Source: an uncultured Clostridia bacterium (GTDB taxonomy: Bacteria; Bacillota; Clostridia; TANB77; CAG-508). Taken from it: 64,000 nucleotides of DNA. The stretch lies in assembly GCA_947627105.1 (NCBI GenBank), contig CANQUT010000003.1:2144-66143 (forward strand), written 5' to 3'. This document shows, in pieces, positions 1-9,675 of this stretch; position 1 is the stretch's first letter, and the number at the start of each line of letters is the position of its first letter. The notes beneath the pieces are model-generated. The model was given only the letters and a program-made list of their open reading frames with translations. It was not told where the DNA came from and searched no databases. A program made the translations under genes and the position numbers.

Positions 1-91
1 AACTAACTAAACCCTTTTTTTCTCCGGTTTCATCAATTAGTTGCACTTTACTTGCTCTTATTTGTTCATTAATTGGTAAATCTTGTTTAAT
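1..91 (-). CDS. infC: translation initiation factor IF-3, N-terminal fragment (gene continues off the left edge)
   Basis: The reverse-complement translation IKQDLPINEQIRASKVQLIDETGEKKGLVS matches the IF-3 N-terminus. The start is a non-canonical ATT (91-89), 7 nt downstream of GGAGGTG (104-98). An ATT start is the classic autoregulated infC start. Confidence 0.75.
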   Translation of the reverse strand, partial: MKQDLPINEQIRASKVQLIDETGEKKGLVS

Positions 92-280
92 ATAAAACAC
101 CTCCATAAGAAAATTGTTTTAGTTTTAAGAATCTTCATATAAATAAAAAAGATTGATTTTTTAAAATCAATCCATTACTCTAAACACATAAATATAATTT
201 ATAAATATGTAAGTTTATTTACCTTTTTGCTTAACCAGCTTAAGGTGAGCATGGATTGCTTCTTCTTTTTACATTTATAA

Positions 281-310
281 ATTATACTATGTGTTTAGTA
301 TATTTGTCAA
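281..310 (-). promoter_or_regulatory. sigma-A type promoter for the infC leader (TTGACA-18-TATAAT on the minus strand)
   Basis: The reverse complement of 281-310 reads TTGACAaatatactaaacacatagTATAAT. Confidence 0.55.
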
Positions 311-391
311 GTATTTTTGACTTTTTTATTGTTTTATGCAATAATATGGTTACAATACTATAAGTAAAGTTATTTTTGAAAGGGCTAAAAA

Positions 392-2749
392 TTGGAAACG
401 CTTTTAAATAAATTAGAATATAATCAAATTATTCAAATAATTAATGAATATTGTAAAACATATCTTGGAAAAAAACTTTGTAATAGTTTAGTTCCAAGTT
501 TTGAATTTGAGCATGTTAAAAATTTATTAGAAAAAGTAAATCAGGCAACTTCACTTCTTTTTCAAAAAGGAAGTGCTCCACTATATGAAATAGCAGAACT
601 TGAAACTACAATTAAAATGCTAGAAAGCAAGCAAACTTTATCTGCTAAAAGTTTGCTAGATGTTGCACGCCTTTTAAAAATGTCTTCTGAATTACATGAT
701 TATTTTTATAATGATGAAAACTTTGATTTATTACCTTTTAATTTAATAGAAGATTATTTTTCTTCATTATATTCAAATTCTAATATTGAAAAAAATATTA
801 CTTTAAAAATTTTAGATGAAAATACTATTGCAGACAATAGCTCAAGCAAGCTAAATTCTTTAAGAAAAACTAGGAAGAATCTAGAGCAAGAAGTTAAAGA
901 TAAATTAAATTCATATATTCATTCTAGCAAATATTCTAAATACATTATGGAGCCTATTGTAACTATTCGTAATAACCGTTATGTAATACCTGTTAAAGAA
1001 GAATATAAAGATGAAGTTAAAGGCTTTATTCATGATACATCAAGTAGTGGCTCTACATTATATATTGAGCCTACCTCAGTTTTTGAAGCGAATAACAAAA
1101 TTGCACATATTAAAATTGAAGAAGAATTAGAAGTTCAAAAAATTTTAAGTGAGCTTTCTTCTTCTCTTTACCCTTATACAAATGAGCTTAGTAAAAACTT
1201 AGATTGTATTGGTGAAATTGACCTTATTTTTGCAAAAGCTACTTATGGTAAAAATGAAAATTGCAATATTCCTAATTTAAGTAATAAAAAAGATATTAAT
1301 TTTTATAAAGCACGCCATCCATTGTTAGATAAAAAAGTAGCTGTGCCTATTGATATTTATTTAAAAGAAAATAACCCTTGTTTATTAATTACAGGACCAA
1401 ATACTGGTGGTAAAACAGTAGCTTTAAAAACAATTGGATTGTTGCTTCTTATGGCATATTCTGGTATTCCAATACCATGTCATGAAAAAAGCAGTATTTG
1501 TGTATTTTCTAAAATCTTTGTAGACATTGGAGATGAGCAAAGCATAGAGCAATCTTTAAGTACATTTTCTGCTCATATGATGAATATTATAAATATTACA
1601 AATAATGTAAATAGCAATAGTTTGGTGCTTTTAGATGAGCTTGGCTCTGGAACAGACCCTGTTGAAGGCTCTGCACTTGCTATTAGCATTTTAAGTTATT
1701 TAAAAAATATTGGCGCTTTTATATGTTGCACAACCCATTACCCAGAATTAAAAGAATTTGCTTTAGTAACAGATGGTTTTGAAAATGCAAGTTTTGAGTT
1801 TGATTTAGAAAATTTAAAGCCTACATACCGCTTATTAATTGGCATTCCTGGGAAAAGTAATGCTTTTGAAATTAGTAAAAAACTTGGTTTAAATAGCAAC
1901 ATTTTGCAAAATGCTTCTTCTTTTTTGAAAAAAGACAAAGTTTCTATTGAAGAACTACTTAAAAATATATATGATGATAAATTATTAGTTGAAAAAGAAA
2001 AAGAAGAAACTGAAAAGAATTTAAATCAAATTTCTAGTTTAAGACAATCTTTAGAAAAAGAAAAAAATGAGCTTGATGAAAAGAAAAAAGAGTTAATTGA
2101 AAAGGCAAAATCTGAAGCAAGAGAAATTATATTAGATGCTAAAGAAGAAGTAAATGACATCATTAAAGAGTTAAATAAAGAGCATGTAGATATAAAAACT
2201 GCAAATTCTAATAGAGATAAGCTAAACAAAAAAATAAAAGAATTAGTTCCTACGAATAATTTAAGTTCTAATTCTTACGAAAAATTAGAGGCAAATGATG
2301 TAAAGCAAGGCTTAAGTGTATGGGTTTCTTCACTTAACTCTGAAGGTACAATATTAAGTTCACATGTTAATAATTCAGGTGAGGTTATGGTTCAAGTTGG
2401 ACTTGCTAAAATGAACTTAAATTTAAGTCAAATTAGTAAAATAGCTAAAAGTTCTAGTGCTACCTCTAGTGGTCAGGTTCATACAGTTTCTAGTTCTAAA
2501 GCTAAAATAGTATCTTCTGAGATTAATGTTATTGGGCAAAATGTTGAAGATGCTGTGTATATAATAGATAAATATATAGATAATTGTGTTTTAGCACATC
2601 TTTCCCCTATTCGTATTGTTCACGGCAAAGGTACTGGAAAGCTTCGCGAGGGAATTCATAAATATTTAAAAACCAATTTTCATGTTAAGTCTTTTAGGTT
2701 AGGTACTTTTGGCGAAGGCGAAATGGGTGTAACTATTGTTGAATTGTAA
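392..2749 (+). CDS. mutS2: endonuclease MutS2 (MutS-family ATPase with C-terminal Smr domain)
   Basis: 785-aa ORF with Walker A GPNTGGKT and DELGSGTDP motifs, a long coiled-coil, and a C-terminal Smr-like IVHGKGTGKLREGIHKYL. Confidence 0.93.
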   Translation: METLLNKLEYNQIIQIINEYCKTYLGKKLCNSLVPSFEFEHVKNLLEKVNQATSLLFQKGSAPLYEIAELETTIKMLESKQTLSAKSLLDVARLLKMSSELHDYFYNDENFDLLPFNLIEDYFSSLYSNSNIEKNITLKILDENTIADNSSSKLNSLRKTRKNLEQEVKDKLNSYIHSSKYSKYIMEPIVTIRNNRYVIPVKEEYKDEVKGFIHDTSSSGSTLYIEPTSVFEANNKIAHIKIEEELEVQKILSELSSSLYPYTNELSKNLDCIGEIDLIFAKATYGKNENCNIPNLSNKKDINFYKARHPLLDKKVAVPIDIYLKENNPCLLITGPNTGGKTVALKTIGLLLLMAYSGIPIPCHEKSSICVFSKIFVDIGDEQSIEQSLSTFSAHMMNIINITNNVNSNSLVLLDELGSGTDPVEGSALAISILSYLKNIGAFICCTTHYPELKEFALVTDGFENASFEFDLENLKPTYRLLIGIPGKSNAFEISKKLGLNSNILQNASSFLKKDKVSIEELLKNIYDDKLLVEKEKEETEKNLNQISSLRQSLEKEKNELDEKKKELIEKAKSEAREIILDAKEEVNDIIKELNKEHVDIKTANSNRDKLNKKIKELVPTNNLSSNSYEKLEANDVKQGLSVWVSSLNSEGTILSSHVNNSGEVMVQVGLAKMNLNLSQISKIAKSSSATSSGQVHTVSSSKAKIVSSEINVIGQNVEDAVYIIDKYIDNCVLAHLSPIRIVHGKGTGKLREGIHKYLKTNFHVKSFRLGTFGEGEMGVTIVEL

Positions 2750-2795
2750 AAATGGCTACTTTAAAGCTTGTAATTTAGAAAGGATTAATTTGCAT

Positions 2796-3839
2796 ATGAA
2801 AAAAATATCAATAATAAATGCTTGTACAGATTTAGGTGTTAATGTAAATGGTGCAGCTCTTGGCCCACAAATTTTAACAAAGGACTTAAATAGTAGTAAT
2901 ATTTCTAATAAATATACAGTAATGCAAGAAAGTAAAAAGCAAACTGTTGATTTTAAAAATTTTAGTACTAATAGGGAAACTATTGATGATTTTGTAAAAG
3001 AGTTTAATTCTCTTTTACTTAAAATGCATGAATTGCATTTTGAAAGCAAAATGGATGAAAATGAAATAGATTTGTATAATAAAAAAATGCAAAGTTTAGT
3101 GCTAGCTGTAAAGGCATTAGACACCAAATGTGAAAAAAGAAATATGGAATCAATTGATAGATTTAATGAAGAGCTTTACAATGTAGTTTCTAGTGTTCTA
3201 GATAAAAATGAATTTCCAATAACTGTTGGTGGAGATCATATTATTGCAATCGCTTCTAGTTTAGCATCTATTAAAAAACATAGCAATTTAGGAATTATTT
3301 GGTTTGATTCACATGGAGATTTTAATACATATTCTACTTCTGTTACTGGAAATTTACATGGACTTCCTTTAGCAGTAGCAACTAACTATGAAAAAAATAT
3401 TTTGTCACCTTTTCATGATGGCGTATTTTATAATCCTAAAAATACTGTTATTGTTGGTGGTAGAGATATTGATCCATGGGAATGGGGTAATATTATAGAT
3501 GCAGGTGTTACTGTATTTTCTACAAAAGATATTCAAAGTTTAGGTGTAGAAACAGTTTGTAAAAAAGCCTTTGAAATTGCATTTTCTGGCACTAATGGGG
3601 TGCATATTAGTTTTGATTTAGACTTAATTGACCCAAAAGTTGCTCCTGGAGTTTCTGTTCCAGCAGAAAATGGAATTAACTTAGAGCAAACTTATGCTTT
3701 AGTAGACGAGATTGTAAAATATGCAAATATTATTAAATCTGCTGACTTAGTAGAATTCAATCCTATGTTTGATGAAAACCATGCTACTGAAAATATTGCT
3801 AAAAATATTTTAAATAAGTGGGTTGAATTTTTAGGTTAA
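2796..3839 (+). CDS. arginase/agmatinase/formiminoglutamase-family ureohydrolase
   Basis: Mn-ligand motifs GGDH, DSHGDFNT and SFDLDLIDP are present. The start was moved to the ATG at 2796 (MKKISIINAC), which follows a GAAAGGA RBS. The ORF-track start at 2736 overlaps the end of mutS2. Confidence 0.8.
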   Translation: MKKISIINACTDLGVNVNGAALGPQILTKDLNSSNISNKYTVMQESKKQTVDFKNFSTNRETIDDFVKEFNSLLLKMHELHFESKMDENEIDLYNKKMQSLVLAVKALDTKCEKRNMESIDRFNEELYNVVSSVLDKNEFPITVGGDHIIAIASSLASIKKHSNLGIIWFDSHGDFNTYSTSVTGNLHGLPLAVATNYEKNILSPFHDGVFYNPKNTVIVGGRDIDPWEWGNIIDAGVTVFSTKDIQSLGVETVCKKAFEIAFSGTNGVHISFDLDLIDPKVAPGVSVPAENGINLEQTYALVDEIVKYANIIKSADLVEFNPMFDENHATENIAKNILNKWVEFLG

Positions 3840-3878
3840 AATTTGCTAAAGTTTTTGATCAAAAATTAATACTCATAT

Positions 3879-3928
3879 AAAAATAGAGAATATTTTTCCA
3901 TATAAGTGGTACAATATTCTCTATTTTT
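3879..3928. terminator. bidirectional rho-independent terminator between convergent arginase-family gene and pheT
   Basis: Stem aaaaatagagaatat / atattctctattttt, with A/T runs on both sides. Confidence 0.7.
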
Positions 3929-4000
3929 GAATTTTAAATTTAAATGTATTTTTTAAATTTCTTCTTATTTTAGTAAACTTTATTTAGTGTATATTTAAGC

Positions 4001-6412
4001 TTATTTTCTTAGTTCTGCTCCTAAAGATTTTTCTAATTCTGCAATGATTTCTTTCATAACACTATTAATTTCATCATCTGTTAAAGTTCTATCTGGAACT
4101 CTAAATTTTAAGCTATAAGCAACACTTTTTTTGTTTTCTCCTAATTTTTCACTTCTATAAACATCAAATAATTGTGCTTCTTCTAATAGTTTTTTAGCTT
4201 TCTTTTGAATTATTTTTTCAATTTCTCCTACCTCTATTTCTTCATTTAGTACCATACTAATGTCTCTTTCTACTGCTGGGAATTTAGTAATTTGCACATA
4301 CTTTTGACTCTTTCTTGCATATTTTGTTAATTTATCTATGTTTATTTCTGCAAGAAGAACTCTTTGAGTTATATCATAATTTCTTGTAAGTAATGGGTTA
4401 GCCTCTCCTATTGTAGCAATTACATCAGTTCCAACATTAAAGTTTGCGCATCTTCCTGGATGGTACATTTTATTTTCTTTTTCTTTTCTAACATCATATC
4501 TTTGAAGTCCTGCTACTTCTAATAAATTTTCTACTAGACCTTTTAAAGTATAAAAATCTTCTTTTTCGCTATACATACCAATAGTTAAAATATTGCTTTC
4601 TTCTGGTAGGTTGCCACTTTCAATTGAACCTTTTTTATTTCTATATACCCTAGATAAATCAAATAATTTTACATCTTTATTTTTATAATTATTGTTAGTT
4701 GCTAAAGTTTGCATCATAGTTGGAACAGAAGTAGTTTTCATTACAGTATAGTCTTCACTTAAAGGATTTTGAATTTTTACAGCCTCTGTTAAATATTCAT
4801 TATCTCCTTCAATATTGCATTTTGCTAAATCTTTTTCACTTAAAAAGCCATATGTACAAATTTCAGATAATCCGCTATTTACTAAGTATTCTGATACACT
4901 ATCTGCTATTTTTTGTTCTTTATTTTTTCCACCTAAAGTTGTTTCTGCATTTATTAAAGTTATTCCTAATTTATCATAGCCATAAAATCTTAAAACTTCT
5001 TCTGCTACATCTGCTAATTGCTCTATATCTGGTCTAAAATATGGTGGTATAACTTCATTATTTTCTACTTTTATTTCTAATTTTTCTAAAGTTTTAATCA
5101 TTTCTTCTTTAGATAGATTTGTGCCTAATAATAAATTAATTCTATCTACATTTAATGGAATTCTTGCTATTTTTTGTTTAGTTGGGTAAACATCAATTTT
5201 TCCATCTACCGCTTCACCAGCACCAATTAATTCTACAAGTTCTACTGCTCTATTTATTGCTCTTAATGCATTTTCTGAAGATAAGCCTTTTTCATAACGA
5301 CTAGAAGCTTCTGTTCTTAAACCTACTGCTTTAGCTGTTTTTCTAACACTTCCTCCATAGAATACTGCAGATTCAAATACTACAGTTTGTGTTGTAGGTT
5401 CAATTTCAGAGTTTTGGCCACCCATAACACCTGCTATGGCTACTGGCTTTTTGCTATCAGCTATTACTAGCATATTTTCATTTAAGTTTCTTTCTTGGTC
5501 ATCTAGTGTAATAATTTTTTCATCTTTGTTTGCTCTTCTTACTGTAATATGCTTTCCTTCTATTGAATTTATATCAAATGCATGCATTGGCTGACCCATT
5601 TCAAGCATAACATAGTTAGTAATATCTACAATGTTATTTATGGCTCTTACGCCACAGCTGTTTAGTCTTTTTACCATCCATTCTGGAGATGGAGCAATTT
5701 TAACATTTTTTACAACTCTTGCAATATAGCGGTAGCATAAATCTGGAGCTGTAATTTCTACAGTTAAACCATCTATATTATCTACATCTTTTACGCTCAT
5801 TTGATCTATATTTTTGCGTGGATTTTTAAAAGGTACATTTAAAGAAACTGCTACTTCTCTACCTAAGCCTTCAACAGAAAAGCAGTCCGGTCTATTTGGT
5901 GTAATTTCAAAATCTATAACTGTCTGATTTATTCCTAAAACTTCTTTAATATCTTTTCCAAGTTCTTTTTCTAATTCTGGTTTTAAAATCATAATACCAT
6001 TTTCAATTTGATCTGGGTAATTATGAATATCTAAACCTAATTCTCCAACAGAACACATCATTCCGCAAGAGTCAACGCCTCTTAATTTACCAGTTTTAAT
6101 TTCTACTCCTCCTGGCAATTTAGAGCCATCTTTTGCAATTGGAACAACATCTCCTTCTTTAATGTTTTTAGCACCTGTTACAATTTGTAAAATTTCTCCA
6201 TTTCCTACATCTACTTTTGTTACTACTAAGTGGTCTGAATCTATATGTGGCTTAACTTCTAGTATCTTTCCAACAACTACATTTTGAATATCTTCTCCTT
6301 GTGATTCTATAGTTTCTACTTTAGAACCTGTCATTGTTAGAATATCGCCTAATTCTTTTGGCTCTATATTTATATCTGCATATTCGTTTAACCATTCTAT
6401 ACTTGCTTTCAT
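4001..6412 (-). CDS. pheT: phenylalanine--tRNA ligase beta subunit
   Basis: 803-aa ORF. It has the N-terminal tRNA-binding domain (MKASIEWLNEY...), B3/4 and B5 regions, and the typical C-terminal FDVY...SLAYSL-like motif. It lies directly downstream of pheS. Confidence 0.95.
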   Translation of the reverse strand: MKASIEWLNEYADINIEPKELGDILTMTGSKVETIESQGEDIQNVVVGKILEVKPHIDSDHLVVTKVDVGNGEILQIVTGAKNIKEGDVVPIAKDGSKLPGGVEIKTGKLRGVDSCGMMCSVGELGLDIHNYPDQIENGIMILKPELEKELGKDIKEVLGINQTVIDFEITPNRPDCFSVEGLGREVAVSLNVPFKNPRKNIDQMSVKDVDNIDGLTVEITAPDLCYRYIARVVKNVKIAPSPEWMVKRLNSCGVRAINNIVDITNYVMLEMGQPMHAFDINSIEGKHITVRRANKDEKIITLDDQERNLNENMLVIADSKKPVAIAGVMGGQNSEIEPTTQTVVFESAVFYGGSVRKTAKAVGLRTEASSRYEKGLSSENALRAINRAVELVELIGAGEAVDGKIDVYPTKQKIARIPLNVDRINLLLGTNLSKEEMIKTLEKLEIKVENNEVIPPYFRPDIEQLADVAEEVLRFYGYDKLGITLINAETTLGGKNKEQKIADSVSEYLVNSGLSEICTYGFLSEKDLAKCNIEGDNEYLTEAVKIQNPLSEDYTVMKTTSVPTMMQTLATNNNYKNKDVKLFDLSRVYRNKKGSIESGNLPEESNILTIGMYSEKEDFYTLKGLVENLLEVAGLQRYDVRKEKENKMYHPGRCANFNVGTDVIATIGEANPLLTRNYDITQRVLLAEINIDKLTKYARKSQKYVQITKFPAVERDISMVLNEEIEVGEIEKIIQKKAKKLLEEAQLFDVYRSEKLGENKKSVAYSLKFRVPDRTLTDDEINSVMKEIIAELEKSLGAELRK

Positions 6413-6428
6413 TTAACTTCCTCCCCAA

Positions 6429-7448
6429 CTAAAATTGTTTTAAAAATCTTACATCATTTTCATATAATAAACGCATATCATCAATTCCGAATTTTGCCAT
6501 TGCAATTCTTTCTACTCCAAATCCAAATGCGAAACCACTATATTCTTCTGGGTCAATTCCGCAATTACGAAGTACGTTTGGATGAACCATTCCACAACCT
6601 AAAAGTTCTATCCATCCTTCTCCTTTACATACTCTACAACCTTTTCCTCCGCATACAAAGCAAGATACATCTGCTTCTGCACTTGGTTCTGTAAATGGAA
6701 AATGGTGTGGTCTAAATCTAACTAAAGTTTTTTCTCCTAAGCATTTTTTAGCAAACATATCAAGTGTTCCTTTTAAATCTGCCATTGATATATTTTTATC
6801 TATTACTAATCCTTCTATTTGATGGAATACTGGAGAGTGTGTTGCATCTACACTATCTGAACGATATACTGCACCTGGGCAAATTATTTTTATTGGTGGT
6901 TTTTTAGTTTCCATTACTCTTGCTTGAACTGGTGATGTTTGTGAACGAAGTACAATATCATCTGTAATATAAAATGTATCTTGTACATCTCTTGCAGGGT
7001 GATCTGGTGGTGTATTTAATTTATCAAAGTTATATTCTGCAAGTTCTACCTCTGGTCCATCTGCAATTTCATAGCCCATTCCAATAAATATTTCTTTTAC
7101 ATCATTTATAATTTGTGTTATTGGATGTACACTTCCTAGGCTACTTTTTTTACTTGGCATAGTAACATCTATATTTTCTGTTGCTAATTTTTTTTCAATT
7201 TCTAAATTTGCAAAATGTTTTTCTCCAGCTTCTATTTTTGTTTCTAATTCATCTCTTACTTCATTTACTAAGCTACCTATTACTGGCCTTTCTTCTGGTG
7301 AAAGTCCTCCCATTCCTCTTAAAATTAAGGTAAGTTCACCTTTTTTTCCTAAGTACTTAATTCTTACATCATCTAATGCTTTTGCATCTTTTGCATTTTG
7401 TATTTCATTAAGTGCTTTTTCTTTAATTTGTGCAATTTGCTCTTTCAT
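6429..7448 (-). CDS. pheS: phenylalanine--tRNA ligase alpha subunit
   Basis: Class II aaRS motifs are present ([38 protein letters not shown]). The start is taken at [11 protein letters not shown] (7448) rather than the upstream in-frame Met. Confidence 0.93.
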   Translation of the reverse strand: MKEQIAQIKEKALNEIQNAKDAKALDDVRIKYLGKKGELTLILRGMGGLSPEERPVIGSLVNEVRDELETKIEAGEKHFANLEIEKKLATENIDVTMPSKKSSLGSVHPITQIINDVKEIFIGMGYEIADGPEVELAEYNFDKLNTPPDHPARDVQDTFYITDDIVLRSQTSPVQARVMETKKPPIKIICPGAVYRSDSVDATHSPVFHQIEGLVIDKNISMADLKGTLDMFAKKCLGEKTLVRFRPHHFPFTEPSAEADVSCFVCGGKGCRVCKGEGWIELLGCGMVHPNVLRNCGIDPEEYSGFAFGFGVERIAMAKFGIDDMRLLYENDVRFLKQF

Positions 7449-7469
7449 AGTATTTTTCCCCTTTCTTAA

Positions 7470-7700
7470 TATCAAAAAAACCATTTCATCCTTATAATAG
7501 GACGAAATGGTTTCGTGGTACCACCTAAATTTATTAATTTATTTTAAAAATTAACCTTATTATAGTTATAACGAAACTAACGCTTTCCCCTAGTAAAATA
7601 TTAAATACTTTTTCAAGAAAAGACCAAAAAAGTGAAATTTCGAATAAAAAATATAATAATAAACTTTCAGCTAATGTTTATCTCTCTAATATTATAGTTT
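7470..7700 (-). promoter_or_regulatory. T-box leader (tRNA-Phe responsive) upstream of pheST
   Basis: On the minus strand there is an AGAGAG/GCUGAAAG stem-I-like start and the conserved T-box sequence AGGUGGUACCACG (reverse complement of 7514-7526). A terminator follows: aaaccatttcgtcc / ggatgaaatggttt plus a U-run (7478-7513). A UUC triplet lies in the expected specifier region (reverse complement of ~7617-7619). Confidence 0.75.
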
Positions 7701-7825
7701 TTTTACCTACTTTGCTTTTTTATTGGTTATTTGTTTACTAATGTTAATTATTTTAACACCTTTTTATTTTAAAATCAATAGTTTAAATTAATTTTTTCAA
7801 AGCTTTTGTTATTATAACATCAAAA

Positions 7826-7937
7826 CTTAAATAGTACTATTTTTCGCAGTTTTGAAAGGTCCCGTTTTGAACCTTCCTCTTTGAAATTTCTTCTACAACG
7901 GGCATTTAAAAAACAAGAAAACTAGTACTATTTAAGC
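7826..7937. repeat. MITE-like nested palindromic repeat, long form, copy 1
   Basis: The halves cttaaatagtact ... agtactatttaagc bracket a ~85-bp insert. The insert has conserved ends (ttttcgcagttttgaaaggtcccgtt / aacgggcatttaaaaaacaagaaaa) and a variable centre. It is the inverted counterpart of 28293-28407. Confidence 0.8.
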
Positions 7938-8073
7938 GGGTTAACTATAAAACCATTAATTAATAACATATTCAAGAACCAAAATATGACATTTTTCTTA
8001 AAAACATATTCCATTTTGCTTAAGAATATAGTATAATAGAATTGTATTTAAATAATATCAGGAGGTATTTTCT

Positions 8074-8535
8074 ATGTGGTATATTTGGTTAATATTAGCT
8101 GGTATTTTTATGATTGCTGAAATTATGACAGTAGGTTTTTTAATTTTTTGGCTAGGCCTTGGCAGTTTATGTGCAATGATTACAAGCTTTTTTACAGATA
8201 ATATAATAATTCAAACTGCAGTTTTTGTTGTAACTTCTACATTATTTATTTTTTGTACAAGACCTTTTGTTAAAAAGCTTACCAAAAAAGATAAAACAGT
8301 TGTTACAAATGCTTTTGCTATTGTAGGAAAAAAGGCTATTGTATTAAAAGATATTAATCCTACTGATGGAACAGGTCAAATAAAAGTAGATGGTCAAGTT
8401 TGGTCTGCTAAATGTGAAGAAGGAAAAATTATTCCTAAAGATTCAGAAGTTTTAGTTTTAGCAATAGATGGTGTAAAAGCTGTTGTTGCAGATAAATCTT
8501 CTAATAAGTTAGAAGCAAAAGGAAATGTTAATTAA
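8074..8535 (+). CDS. NfeD-family membrane protein
   Basis: 153 aa with N-terminal TM helices and a C-terminal OB-like segment GQIKVDGQVWSAK. It lies directly upstream of an SPFH gene, which is the classic NfeD/stomatin pairing. Confidence 0.8.
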   Translation: MWYIWLILAGIFMIAEIMTVGFLIFWLGLGSLCAMITSFFTDNIIIQTAVFVVTSTLFIFCTRPFVKKLTKKDKTVVTNAFAIVGKKAIVLKDINPTDGTGQIKVDGQVWSAKCEEGKIIPKDSEVLVLAIDGVKAVVADKSSNKLEAKGNVN

Positions 8536-8668
8536 TACAATTTTCTAAGCTGACAAAAATATTTTTAGATAAATATGCGAATTTACAAATTTCTTAAAAT
8601 GTAATTATACAATATATAAATTTGTAATACGCTTTTTATATATAATAAATAAAGGAGGAACCTAAATT

Positions 8669-9577
8669 ATGTTATGGGTTTTATTAGTTTTATTAATTAT
8701 TATTTTAATTATTGCATTTAACACAATTAAAATAGTAAAACAATCTGAAGTATACATTATAGAAAGACTTGGTAAATTTCACAAAGTAGCTGATGCTGGT
8801 CTTACAATTATTATTCCTTTTGTAGATCATGTTCGTAGTGTAGTAAGTTTAAAACAACAAACTATGGATATTCCACCACAAGGTGTGATTACTCAAGATA
8901 ATGTTACTATTACTATTGATACAGTTGTGTTCTACAGAATTACAGATCCTGCTAAAGCAGTTTATGAAATTCAAAACTTAAAGAAAGGTATTGAATATTT
9001 AGCAATTACTACTATTCGTGATATTGTTGGTAAAATGGACTTAGATTCTACATTTAGTTCAAGAGATGCTATTAATGATCACTTAAGAGTAATTCTAGAT
9101 GAAGCAACAGACCAATGGGGTTGCAAAGTAGATAGAGTTGAAGTTAAAGATATTACACCTCCTGCAGACATTCGTGATGCAATGGAAAAACAAATGAATG
9201 CAGAAAGAAATAAAAGAGCTTTAATTTTACAAGCTGAAGGTGAAAGACAATCTGCTATTACTCTTGCAGAAGGTAAAAAAGAAGCTGCTATTCTAGAGGC
9301 AGAAGCTGATAAAGAAGCTAAAATTAGAAGAGCTACTGGTGAAGCTGAAGCTATTAAAAAGGTTGCAGATGCTAAAGCTCAAGAAATTCATGTAGTATAT
9401 GATGCTATGATGAAAGCAAATCCAGATGATAAATTAGTTCAATTAAAATCTTTAGAAGCTTTAAAAGAAGTTGCAAATGGAAGCGCTAATAAGGTATTTA
9501 TTCCTTTTGAAGCAACTAAGGCCTTAAGTAGCTTAGGTACTGTAGCAGAAGTTTTAAAAGATAAAAAGAAAGATTAA
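8669..9577 (+). CDS. SPFH/band-7 (stomatin/slipin-like) membrane protein
   Basis: 302 aa with an N-terminal TM helix, an SPFH core (IIERLGKFHKV...TQDNVTITIDTVVFYRI) and an Ala/Glu-rich coiled-coil tail. Confidence 0.88.
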   Translation: MLWVLLVLLIIILIIAFNTIKIVKQSEVYIIERLGKFHKVADAGLTIIIPFVDHVRSVVSLKQQTMDIPPQGVITQDNVTITIDTVVFYRITDPAKAVYEIQNLKKGIEYLAITTIRDIVGKMDLDSTFSSRDAINDHLRVILDEATDQWGCKVDRVEVKDITPPADIRDAMEKQMNAERNKRALILQAEGERQSAITLAEGKKEAAILEAEADKEAKIRRATGEAEAIKKVADAKAQEIHVVYDAMMKANPDDKLVQLKSLEALKEVANGSANKVFIPFEATKALSSLGTVAEVLKDKKKD

Positions 9578-9613
9578 AAGATAAAAAGAAAGATAAAAAG
9601 AAAGATTAAATTA

Positions 9614-9642
9614 TTGACTATTTTTAATAATGATGCTATAAT
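9614..9642 (+). promoter_or_regulatory. near-consensus sigma-A promoter (TTGACT-17-TATAAT)
   Basis: TTGACT at 9614-9619, a 17-nt spacer, and TATAAT at 9637-9642. It is 34 nt upstream of the 9676 ORF. Confidence 0.6.
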
Positions 9643-9675
9643 TTCATCATCTCATTTTAGAAAGGAGTCTCAAAA

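Noticed and set aside
887-895. CAAGAAGTT (with nearby tctaga) inside mutS2, resembling the cassette recombination core
   Set aside because: It is only a 9-nt match inside a conserved housekeeping ORF. The flanks do not match sites A, B or C, so it is most likely chance in an AT-rich genome.
2736-2795. N-terminal extension of the arginase-family ORF overlapping mutS2
   Set aside because: The internal ATG at 2796 has an RBS and yields the typical MKKISIINA... arginase start. The extension is not conserved-looking.
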